A stretch of 64,000 bases of DNA from the NCBI GenBank assembly GCA_905178155.1, contig CAJINV010000001.1, forward strand, positions 2,780,089 through 2,844,088, given 5' to 3'. This document shows positions 38,741-48,748 of the stretch, piece after piece (the stretch's first letter is position 1; the number at the start of each line of letters is the position of its first letter). The notes beneath the pieces were generated by a model. That model saw only the letters and a program-made list of their open reading frames with translations. It was not told the DNA's origin and ran no database searches. Both the position numbers and the translations under genes were made by a program. Source of the DNA: Amoebophrya sp. A120. Taxonomy: Eukaryota; Protista; Dinoflagellata.

Positions 38741-39296
38741 AAACAGTGCCTCGCAAGAATTAGCTCGCTTTTAATGCAATAGCGAGCACATTTACACCAG
38801 AAGTAGCTCGCTTTCAATCCAATCCCGAGCAGATTTACAAGTCGGTTCCAGATTCCTGGGTTGAAAAGATTCTGACTGACAATAGCAATTGGTAGCGTGG
38901 TCGTCATCCGCAAGATGGCTCAACAAAAAATGTGACAGATTTACTTATCGTCAAATACATTCTGCGGGACCGGGAACGGGATTTTCTACGTGTTCCCAAC
39001 ATCGTTCTTCAGCACTTGTTCTTCCTGAAAAAATAGGCCTTTGCACCAACCCGCAAGAGTCAACAGTACGTGGATATGATGTGAGAGTTCGAAAGAGAGA
39101 GAGACAAAGATCGCACGACTAGCACAGCCTCCCTGGTCACTGTGATATCAACAGGACAACAGCTCTCTGAAGCAGTGCGATGCCGTGCCGATACGAACTT
39201 GTAAATTACATCAAAAAAAACTGAAATCGAATCCATCACTTAGGCTACATACTAGCCACAGGCCGGCAGTACCTGCGGTCCCGAAGCCTAGGCAAG

Positions 39297-40619
39297 ATGT
39301 CCACCTACCGCAGCCTGTGCTCCCTGTCTGCCTTCCTCGCATGTGTCTACTCTCCAGTCTCGCCGGCACTTGCGCTTAGCCTCTTGAAGAAGAGCCTGCT
39401 GCGTAAAAACAAGAGGCTCCAGCAGCACAAGCATAAAAGCAAAAATAAGCATAAATCCGACCTCGAACCCCAACCCGGCGATGAAGAATTTGACAAGAAC
39501 GACCCGAACAGTTACCGGTCTCTCACCTCCGCCGAGACCACCTTCCGCAAGAAGAGCGCGTGCGCCGCGGACTATGTGCGGACCTTCTACAACCCACTAC
39601 CGTCCGGCTTTCGCATCGCGGAGGCCGAGCGCAGCCAGGTTGACAGCCTCGGTGGGGACAGCACCTACGGCGAGATTCTCCCGGACTCCCTGGCGCAAAT
39701 CCTGTGGTTGATGCACATCGGCCCGGATGACGTCTTCTACGACTTGGGCTCCGGGATCGGGAAAACGGTGATTCAGGCCGCGATGACCACCCCCGCAAAG
39801 AAAGTCGTTGGTGTGGAAGTCGCGGACTCGCGGTTTTCGGTTGCGGAAAAGGCCCTGCAGACCCTGAAGAAGGACGTGGCGCAGCGCACCAAGGACGAGC
39901 AGATCGTGGCGCTCCAGCAGCAACTCGCGGTGCTGAAAGCCACCGGCGTGTCGGAAGACGAAAGAAACAAAGCCGCCAATGGAAATGCCATGCCCATGGC
40001 CTCCGAGGTGACGGACCAGCTCACCGCGGCGGGGAAGCGAAACGACGCGAACGCGGCCAAATGCGGGTACGTGAAGGACAACGACCTGCTACGGGGGACG
40101 AAGCCGGTCGCGTTCGCGAACCTGGGCGGGTCGGGCGCGACCGAGCAGTTCTCCATGTACAGCGGGGCGACGGAGAAGAACATGGACAAGGTGAAATTTT
40201 TGAACGAAGACTTCACGAAGGTGAACATGCAAGACGCCACGGTGATTTTCTCCGCCACGGTTTTGTACCAGCCCGCACTGCTGGCGAAGATCTGCAACAA
40301 CCTCGGCCCGAACGTGAAGCAGTTTGCGTCCATGTCGGTGTTGGAATTGGTGCCCGAGTGCGACCGGCGACTGTGTTTGCTGTACCACACGGAGCTGCCG
40401 ATGAGCTGGGGCGACACCCCGGTCCGGGTCTACCGCATGAAGCAATCGAAAACGTACGGCGACAAATTTTGCAAAACGTCGCACGTGGCCGGGCCGGGCG
40501 GAATCTTGATGCAGATGCCGGAAAGCGATCCGATCCCGGTCAGCTATTGGGGCGGGAAACACTCTGCGGAGTTTGTGCAACAGGAGAAGATGCTGGAGCG
40601 GGAAGCATACCCCTCGTGA
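39297..40619 (+). CDS. DOT1-like (H3K79-type) class I SAM methyltransferase, intronless, with a predicted signal peptide
   Basis: STYGEI, motif I DDVFYDLGSGIGKTVIQAA, post-I GVEVADSRF and DFTKVNMQDATVIF are DOT1-family signatures. Confidence 0.85.
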   Translation: MSTYRSLCSLSAFLACVYSPVSPALALSLLKKSLLRKNKRLQQHKHKSKNKHKSDLEPQPGDEEFDKNDPNSYRSLTSAETTFRKKSACAADYVRTFYNPLPSGFRIAEAERSQVDSLGGDSTYGEILPDSLAQILWLMHIGPDDVFYDLGSGIGKTVIQAAMTTPAKKVVGVEVADSRFSVAEKALQTLKKDVAQRTKDEQIVALQQQLAVLKATGVSEDERNKAANGNAMPMASEVTDQLTAAGKRNDANAAKCGYVKDNDLLRGTKPVAFANLGGSGATEQFSMYSGATEKNMDKVKFLNEDFTKVNMQDATVIFSATVLYQPALLAKICNNLGPNVKQFASMSVLELVPECDRRLCLLYHTELPMSWGDTPVRVYRMKQSKTYGDKFCKTSHVAGPGGILMQMPESDPIPVSYWGGKHSAEFVQQEKMLEREAYPS

Positions 40620-40739
40620 GAAATAAAGCCTGCGGGTACTATTGCTGAAATAAAAAGCGTTCATCGAAAAAGTAGAAGTCGCTTTGCAAAAAAGTAAAGG
40701 AATTTGAGTCGGACAAGAGTTCGAACTTTTTGAAATTTC

Positions 40740-41375
40740 GTCAATCGTCCAAGACGAGAAGGAGAATCATGAAGAACACATTTTTAAACAAGAAACATGG
40801 CGAAGATCGGATGGAAAACAAAATTTAGGTTCGAACAAAACCACAGAATCTCAGAGCAACCATCATACATCACGACGAAAACTAATTTCTCAAAAATTTC
40901 ACTTACCATCCGATGGATAACATTCATCAGGCAATTCGAATCGACACATGATGACCATGACCGAAAAAATCTTCGAATGGATCCATCATAATGATTTCAT
41001 TTTCGGATGGAAATTTTTCTTCATCATGATAATTTCTTATATAATTGATGTCATCATCCATTTCTTTCTTTCTTGTCATGGATGAGATAATATTCTAAGA
41101 TGGATCAATTTCATTCTCATCATCAGAATAGGAAAAAAATGATGAAGAATATCATCTTATTGTATTTCGAGATGTCATTCTTTCATCCATACATCCATAT
41201 TTGTGTCTTTCATCTTGATTCAATTCTGGATCTCATATTATTCATTCATCCATAGGATATATTTCTGTCAAAAATTTCTGAATCTTTGAAAATTCAAAAT
41301 AGATGATATTCATCGAAGAAATTTTGTATTGATTTCGAGAATGCAAGATCTATAACTCCTATTGCTGAGCTGCGG
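40740..41375. other. AT-rich, ATC/GAT-rich left flank of the strand-switch complex
   Basis: Abrupt compositional change after the last + gene, with many catc/gatg/gatc words and no credible ORF. Confidence 0.6.
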
Positions 41376-41428
41376 AAGTTAAAATTTTGCGCCGGGAAAG
41401 AAAATCGCCCACGTCGATTTTTTTTTTG

Positions 41429-42353
41429 CATCAACGGGATCGGCCCCCAGTGTCATCAAAAGCAAAAAAATCATGATCCCCGAAAAAAAATTAAAAAAAA
41501 GCGGTGGCGCCCTGTTTTTCCTGCGCCCGGGGTAGTCTGGGGCGTTTTCTTCGTTCGTCCCTTGGCCCGAAGGATCCCGGAGGTCGGCGTCTTCCTTGGG
41601 AGTTCTCCGGTCGTTGGTGTTTGTTTTTTTATGCGACAAAAAATCTCAAAAATCCGGCGCCTGAAAAAACCAATGGGATTTTGCCTGTATGAGAAAAAAA
41701 GCCGCGAATTAATCTTGCGACAAAAAATTTCGGGCAGTTTTCTCTTGGTTCAAATTCCCATTGGTTTTTACAGGGCCGGTTTTTATGCGACAAAAAATCC
41801 GGCTTCGATATGCCATGGGGGTGTCGACCCCCTGTCGACCCCCTGTCGCAAAATTAATTTAATTTTGCCCGCTTCTCATGTTTTGCGTGTGATTTTGGGT
41901 GGTCTGGTGTTTTTGCGTCTCGGGGTCGGCGTCTTCAACACACCCAATTTGGATTTTTTGTCGCATCGGTGTCGCAAAATTAATTATTTTTTGTCGCAAA
42001 ATTAATTCCCGACTCTTTTTTCTTTATGGGGCTGGCAGGATATTTAGGCCGGGTCCACCCCGCAGCAGTGTGTGGACTCCAGGGCACACGCCCCCACAGG
42101 GCTCATTGGTGTGGAGTTCTAGCGGGGCGTGGCAGGCCATCCCATCTTTCTTGTGTTTGCGAATTCGTGTCCTGATTGCCTGACCACATTGAAAGGGGTG
42201 CTTGGGTGTGGGATTTCCCTTGTTGCTTTCGCTTCCAGCTTTCCCTGCCTTGTTGGATGGTTCAAATTTTTTTCAAAAAATTTTTTTTGGAAAAAGAGCA
42301 CGGGAGTTATGATTTTTTTTCCGCCGAGCCCACTGGGGCCCGATCCCGTTGAT
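41429..42353. repeat. Foldback (MITE-like) module with nested inverted repeats
   Basis: Outer IR atcaacgggatcgg(c/g)ccccagtg...aaaaaaatcat at 41429-41481 vs 42301-42353. Inner IR 41660-41681 vs 41752-41774. gcgacaaaaaat / tgtcgcaaaatt motifs occur in opposite orientations. Confidence 0.6.
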
Positions 42354-42431
42354 TTGCAATTTGCGAACTTTCAAAAGCTCGCGCGATTTGGGAAGTCGCC
42401 CAACGCCCAACAACGCCCAACAACGGCCAAC

Positions 42432-42707
42432 GAAATACTTTGCAATCCCCACGGCCGACGGCCAACGAAATACTTTGCAATCCCCGAAATATTTTGCAAC
42501 AATATTTTGCAATCCCCGAAATGTTTTGCAATCCCCGTAATATTTTGCAATCCCCGAAATATTTTGCAATCCCCGAAATATTTTGCAATCCCCGAAATAT
42601 TTTGCAATCCCCGAAATATTTTGCAATCCCCAAAATATTTTACAATCCCCAAAATATTTTATTGCAATGCCCAAAATATTTTGCAATCCCCAAAATATTT
42701 CGCAATC
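42432..42707 (+). repeat. 19-bp minisatellite (ttttgcaatccccgaaata), about 14 copies
   Basis: Directly visible head-to-tail repeats without spacers. Confidence 0.95.
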
Positions 42708-43534
42708 GGGAAGCACAAGGAAGCAGGGGAAAAGCGGAAAGCAGGGGGAAAGCGGGAAGCAGGGGAAAAGCGGGAAGCACGGGGAAAGTGGGAAGCGTGG
42801 GGGAAGCGGGAAGCATGCACGGGGAAGGCGTGCGGCAAGCACGGGGAAAGCGGGGCGCAAGGGGAAAACAAGACGCACGGGGAAAGCGGGAAACATCGGC
42901 CCGCGGGGAAAGCCGCGCCCTAGCACCAGGCGAACAGCTGCCCACCACCCTCCCCCGGCGCCCTCCCTCATCTGTTCACGAGAACACTGGCAGAGGGCGC
43001 CGCCGTCCGCCGCCTCTTGGGGGCAAGCACAGGAAAAGCGACCGACCCGAGAGCACGGGGAAAGCGGGCGGGAAGCACGGGGAAGGCGGGAAACACGAGG
43101 AAAGCGGGGGGCACGGGGAAAATGAGCACGGGGAAAGCGTGAAGCACGGGGAAAGCGGGAAACATCGGCCCACGGGGAAAGCCGCGCCCTAGCGCCAGGC
43201 GAACAGCTGCCCACCCAGCACCCTCCCCCGGCGCCCTCCCTCTGTTCACGAGAACACTGGCAGACGGCGCCGCCGTCCGCCGCCTCTTGGGGGCAAGCAC
43301 GGGAAAAGCGACCGACCCGAGAGCACGGGGAAAGCGGGCGGGAAGCACGGGGAAGGCGGGGAACACGAGGAAAGCAGGGAGCACGGGGAAAATGAGAAGC
43401 ACGGGGGAAGCGGGAAACGCGAGGAAAGCGGGGAGCATGGGGGAACCACGGGGAAAATGAAAAGCACGGGGAAAGCGGGGGGCACGGGGAAAACGGGAAA
43501 CACGGGGAAAGCGGGAAGCACGGGGAAAGCGGGA
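42708..43534 (+). repeat. G-rich satellite: ~18-bp gcacggggaaagcgggaa units plus a ~270-bp higher-order unit
   Basis: The block aaacatcggccc...tgttcacgagaacactggcag...ctcttgggggcaagcac recurs at ~42891 and ~43160. Confidence 0.9.
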
Positions 43535-43852
43535 NCGGAACGAGATCCGGAGGCAGAGCAACCGGGCGCCCTGTCACTCGCCCCAAGTAACTTGCAAGGC
43601 CAGGCAGGTTATGATGGGCCCTACTGATAAGAAATTTCGTCTATTTTTCTCCGATTTTTTTGAAATTTTTTTTTTTGAAAATTTTTTGGAATTTTTCGTT
43701 TAGATTTTCACTGAAAAGTTTTTTGCTATACAGGGTGTGAGGGCCATTTCTATACCGATTTCGCCTGCTCAGCTCGATTTTCAAGTCGAAAATCGACTAG
43801 CAGGCTGCTTCGACCTGTTTTAGGTCCTCTTTGTTCTATTCTGGGGCTGTTA

Positions 43853-43957
43853 GGGCGCTTGGCCCAACGGTTAAGGCCCCTAGGTCGTCGTCGACACCCG
43901 ATTTCGATCACTTTTATCATAGGTTCGAATCCCGATGGTATCGTCGATTCGAACCTA
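43853..43957 (+). ncRNA. tRNA-derived Pol III-type unit 1
   Basis: A-box TGGCCCAACGG (43860) plus TTAAGGC and B-box GGTTCGAATCC (43922). No anticodon arm. Confidence 0.5.
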
Positions 43958-44076
43958 GGTGATCGCTTTCGATTTCACATCATCGATCGCGAATTCCCAT
44001 GCTGTGGTCACCGCACAATGCGAAACAGCACGGAATCCGCCTCGATCGATGAGAGGATGCGAACTCGACGCGCGTG

Positions 44077-44192
44077 ATCGTCTTCTCTCGCTCGGCCTAT
44101 TGGCCGAGCGGTTAAGGCCCCCGGTTGTTTGTCCCAGTCCCTTTTCACCCTTCATCGACCTCGGGTTCGATTCCCGAAGACGGTGATTTTTT
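44077..44192 (+). ncRNA. tRNA-derived Pol III-type unit 2 (most complete)
   Basis: Acceptor-like stem ATCGTCT/AGACGGT, A-box TGGCCGAGCGG (44101), T-arm TCGGG-TTCGATT-CCCGA and a T6 terminator at 44187-44192. The anticodon arm is replaced by a stem with a pyrimidine-rich loop. Confidence 0.6.
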
Positions 44193-44327
44193 GCGCAGTG
44201 TAGTGCGGTCAAGAAAAGCACTAAGAAACCGCGGAGCCACAGCGTCGTGGTGCGACAGCTCTATGCTCCGTGGTCGGCGCAAAAAAAGCTATCGTGTTTG
44301 ATACGATGCTTCCGGCCTGTTCTTACT

Positions 44328-44420
44328 CGCTCGGCCATTTGGCCGAGCGGTAAAGGCACCTAGTTGTTACTTCGAGTCCCTTTTCACCCTTCATGGGATG
44401 ACGAGGTAGAAGTAACAATT
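44328..44420 (+). ncRNA. tRNA-derived unit 3 (A-box, no B-box)
   Basis: TGGCCGAGCGGTAAAGGC, and shares the 20-mer agtcccttttcacccttcat with unit 2. Confidence 0.4.
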
Positions 44421-45230
44421 GTCACCGCGATCACCATATCAAACACGACGGGGAGAACCGGAAAAGTAGGAGGGGAGAAGCGTGTTCTTTTTCTATTTGA
44501 TCACTGTGGTCGAATAGTAAAAGAAACAACACACGACCCGCGGCTGTTGCTGCTATGTGAATACTAGGCTTTTTTCCTCGGCCATACCGCCGAGCGGTGT
44601 CTGCCTTTCCTCCGTGATCGCAAACACTTTTTCCGATCTGCCAGGCGACACACAGATCGGCACTCGGCCGCACATTGACAGCAGCGGCTGTCGTAAAGGT
44701 TGGGACTCGTAACCTTGCGATGCGAAAATTTGTCATGCAAAAACTTCTGTTTTTGCATGACAAATATTAGATCGCAGGTTGCAGCGATCCCAACCCGATC
44801 GCGGAAGCCGCTGCATAGTGCGGCTGCGAGGGTTTCGGAGTTGCGGAAGGGTTCGTAAGTACTCCGCTTTACAGCCCTGTATAGCAGAAAAGTTTTCAAG
44901 GAAAAGACGAAGACCGGGCGGAAGAGCACATCAAGGTAAGAAAATAAGATGTCGGCGTGATGATTTTGAAGCCCGGAAGGTCAGCGGAGCACCGGCGGAG
45001 ATGATTATGAAAAAAACGTGACTAGTAGCTATGCGGTCTGTATTGTGTAGCTCTATCGTGCTACGTGTTTGTTTTTTTTCGATAGTTGCTACGTTTTTTT
45101 ACCACGATGCGGTTGTTTTTTGTTCTGAAAAAATGAGAGGTTTTTGTTTATTTCAGGAGCGGATGGCGGAGCGACGGTTGTTTTCAAGTTCTGAAATAGC
45201 AGTGCCTCTACCGGTGAAGACGAAGATCGT

Positions 45231-46289
45231 CAGGCGGACGACCCGGGGCGGGGCAACGCGCTAAACGACCGCTATATTCTGGCTAAATTGAAAAGCCGGA
45301 AGCGCACGGACCCAATGCCCGCGGGCGCGCTTCCGGGCGTGGAACCAAAAGAAGGCGCGCGCCCTTGCGATCGCGGGCTCCGGCCCATCCCTCCGTAGGC
45401 GGCGGAAGCGAACGGGCCGGGCCATCCGGGGCCCGCACTGCGGCCGCGGCACGGCTTCGGAGCGTCCCCGGCCCGCGCGCGACGGGCCCGACCCCGCGGG
45501 CCCGGTATTGCAAATGCCGCGTGGCCGGCCAGCCTCACGCGCAGGCCTTTTCGGGAAACGCCGGAGATATCTAGCGGGCCTCCGGCTAAATGCTCTGCTA
45601 AATTGCCTCCGGCCTCGCTAATTCGCGGCCGCTTTTCGGCTCGGGAGGCCAAAAAAAATCCATCTAAATATCCATCTAAGTATCCATCTAAGTGCTCTGC
45701 TAAATTGGGTCCCCCGGGAGGGGGCCGGAGGGCCCGAGGGGGCCCCGGGGCCAAAATCCTTCCCGTTTTCCCAGTGTCCAACATTTAGCCGGATACTTAG
45801 CCGGATACTTAGCCAGAATTTAGCTGGAATTTAGCGGAGCACTTAGCTGGATACTTAGCTGAATTTCTTTTGGGAATTAGCTCCAATTTAGCCGGATTTT
45901 AGCCGGATCCTGGCCGACGATTTCCGCCAGCATTTACCCTGTCGCCCAGGCGGCGGCAGGATGAATGCTGGAAGAAATATCGGCCAAGTGGGCCGGCCTC
46001 TTGGGAATTTAAAAACCCCAGCGCAAAAACCTTGCGAGTCTTTAAAACTCAAAACGGCCAAGGGCGGCACCCCGGGGCGAGGCGCTGCCGAAGCACTGGC
46101 GCCGCGGGCCGCGCGCGCAGCTGCGCCAAACACCCGCCGCCCGGCTGCTCCACGCATGGGGGGAAGGGTGCGCTGGCGCGCCCGAGCAGCCCGGCCCCAA
46201 GGAAGAAAAAACCTGCGCGGGCTGCGCAAAAATTTAGCCAGGTCATAGCCGGAATATAGCCGGAATCCCCGCCCCGGGCCGTCCGCCTG
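45231..46289. mobile_element. Non-autonomous hAT element (MITE), 1059 bp
   Basis: 23-bp TIR CAGGCGGACG(A/G)CCCGGGGCGGGG (22/23 identity), 8-bp TSD AAGATCGT/AAGATCGG, and internal inverted arrays of ctaa / ttag motifs. Confidence 0.9.
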
Positions 46290-46545
46290 AAGATCGGGGA
46301 CCAATCGAAGAAACAACTATCATGATATTTGTTTTGCAGAGCCAGGACCTAAATCTAGTGTCTACATGAAACTAATATAACTAAAAACATACATAATGAA
46401 GTAACTAAAACACACAATCCCACTAGTATAACTACAGGGCCCGTTTTTTTTTGGAATGTAGATAGTGCGCCATAAAGTCATACTATTCTTTCCACACCTA
46501 CACCGCGGATCATCATAGTAGACAAAAAGCAAACCCACTCCTTCT

Positions 46546-48646
46546 GTGGTCATCTTCTATTGTTTCGGCAGCGACGAGAAGATGAACAAAGAGGAGAAGA
46601 AGGCCGAGGCGGAACAAGAAAAGAACGAGGAATGCAAAAAATTCTTCACAGCAAAAGCCTACTTGGCACCACGCAAGTTGTGGAAGCTGTGCTACCTGTT
46701 ATGCGAGACGGCTTTCGAGTACGCACGCGAGTACTTCGCGAACCCGAAACTCACCTTGGTCCACTACCGGGTGGAGATCGACGGAACCACGACGCAGAGC
46801 ATGCTGTTTGAAAACAGTGTGAGGGGGAGGATTAAGATCTTCGCGCATGTGATGGCGTCGATCGTCGCGATTACCTTCTGCTGCGGAAGCCTGATGAACA
46901 TCGGGTCGGTGTTTGTGCCAACGCACACCGTGCTATATCCTTCGTCGCAGAACTTCGGGGCGAAAGTAAAGGGACAAAAGAGCTGCTTTCGCGGTTGGAG
47001 TGAAAGAAGCATGGGAGGTGGCGGACCAGGTGCTGACGTTTCACAACCCGGAAATTTTTTTCGGGCGTTTCGGGCAGCAGTGCGTGCAAATTTGGAGTCC
47101 AGTGACGGACTCGGGTGGAAGCACAATAAATACGCTCTTCTTCATCGGCGGAATTTTTATGATGGGCAAGCACCTGGCCAATGTGGTGCTGTGGACACAG
47201 AGGTGTAAGGTGCACCAAGCAGCACTAGTAACCCGCCAAATAGCCGAGATGTATCTCGGGATGCTCAATCTGGATCCGAAAGGATGGCAGAAGAGACTGC
47301 GGCTGCAAGTACTGTTTTTTTTGATTTTTGTAATGCATTTCAGTACTATGATCGCATGCTTATTTGCATGACAAATGTGCACTTCAAATCAAAAGCCAAC
47401 TACTTCTAATCTACAGGTGCACAGTGTGAAACTGCTGTCCGAAAAAATACACAACTCGCTCGACGGCGTTGCTCGGTGGATTGCGCCATGGGACAAGAGC
47501 GAACCGATGGCGAAAGACCAAGCCTTTAACAACTTCTTGGACAGACGCGAGATAAACTACAAGAAGAAAAAGTTCCTCCGCGGATGCTCGGTGAAGCAGC
47601 GGATGTTGATAGTGCCGAAGGACGGAAGAACCGCTGCGCTGCGTGGATTACATAGTTTGTATCGCGGCTGGCGGGCGCCAGTCTGGACCCGCTGGCTCAC
47701 AGTGCGGCAAGCCCTCGGACAAATGCTGTTGTGCTGCAGTATGTTTTTGGCGAGGATCTTCTACGGACTAGGAGAGCGGGTCAGTTTTGGGGCGGAAAAG
47801 ATACTGGAGCACGGGTTCAAGCTGGACATGTCGAAGGAAAGCGGTATAGCATAAATCTGTAATGCAAATTCTTAGAAATGCAAACGCTTTTACATGTGTA
47901 AAGACACTTCGTGGCAGCATGATTTGTAATGCAATCTGTAAGCCAGTATGTGATTAAAAAAGTGCACCACCATGCAAAATAAATCCAATTATCTCCAGGC
48001 ACACAGTTCATTTTTCTCATCGTCTCGCGGTTTCTGCACATGATTCTGAAGCCGATTGAGCATTATAATGCTGCAATGCTCAAAAACGACCTTCACGAAC
48101 GCACCCGCACTAGTTTGAGGAGCCGCTTCTTGGAGGATCTGCAGGAGGTTTATTTATATCTGTCCGACCTGGATGCGGTTTACGACGACATCGCCTATCT
48201 GATGTGCGGAATCGGAATCGGCGAGGTGATATTCGACGACGCACAAAAAGACTTAGTATTTCTTTATACTTTTTGCAAAATTTGTCATGCATAATTCGCG
48301 TCGGAACAATGAACGTTACATCATGTGCATATATAAACTCACTCAGATCGAGCTTGCACGGATTTCCGCCCAGCAGATGTTGTTCATCAGCCGAGTTATT
48401 TTGTGGCACCGGGATGGCAAACGAGACCTGCGCGAAGAGTGGATCCAAAAGGCAAAAGCAAACCTCGAAGCGGAAATGCAGAACTTGAAAGAAATGGACT
48501 TTGCGGTGTACGTCCAAGAAGACCCTGGCAGCATCTCCCTGCACAGCGTTCAGCGGTGGATGATGAATCAACCGGAGGAGATTCGCAAGCAGCAGATGCA
48601 GAAACTGACTGAGTACTTGCAGGTCGTTAATCGCAGTAGCAAAAAC
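46546..48646 (+). CDS. hAT-superfamily DDE transposase, intron-containing, truncated by an assembly gap and possibly inactive
   Basis: Ordered motifs EIDGTT (D1), VTDSGG (D2), RCKVHQAAL (CxxH) and WTRWLT (RW). GT-AG introns 47309-47416, 47844-47998 and 48256-48346 keep the frame. A frame change at ~46967-47000 is either a 34-nt atypical intron or a frameshift. The catalytic E was not seen before the gap. Confidence 0.75.
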
Positions 48647-48746
48647 NNNNNNNNNNNNNNNNNNNNNNNNNNNNNNNNNNNNNNNNNNNNNNNNNNNNNN
48701 NNNNNNNNNNNNNNNNNNNNNNNNNNNNNNNNNNNNNNNNNNNNNN
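48647..48746. other. Assembly gap (100 N)
   Basis: Run of N. The true distance and contiguity are unknown. Confidence 1.
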
Positions 48747-48748
48747 TT

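Larger units (their letters stand above)
43705..44905. other. Inverted-repeat-bounded, hairpin-dense 1.2-kb cassette
   Basis: 31-bp IR 43705-43735 / 44875-44905 (27/31 identity). Internal stems at 43763-43805, 43920-43957, 44089-44110, 44328-44349, 44362-44420 and 44728-44765. Confidence 0.65.

Noticed and set aside
42432-42707. Possible CRISPR array
   Set aside because: The repeats are head-to-tail 19-mers with no unique spacers, there are no cas genes, and the context is eukaryotic.
42129-43586. Long ORFs of 180-437 aa on both strands, and similar ones at 49729-50965
   Set aside because: They are translations of satellites and GC-rich repeats that lack stop codons by composition.
43853-44420. 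Functional tRNA genes
   Set aside because: No 5-bp anticodon stem with a 7-nt loop can be formed, and acceptor stems are displaced or missing. Reported as tRNA-derived units instead.
46546-48646. hAT transposase as the mobiliser of the introners
   Set aside because: The introners have 5-bp TSDs and TAT ends, while the hAT-type elements here have CAGG ends and an 8-bp TSD.
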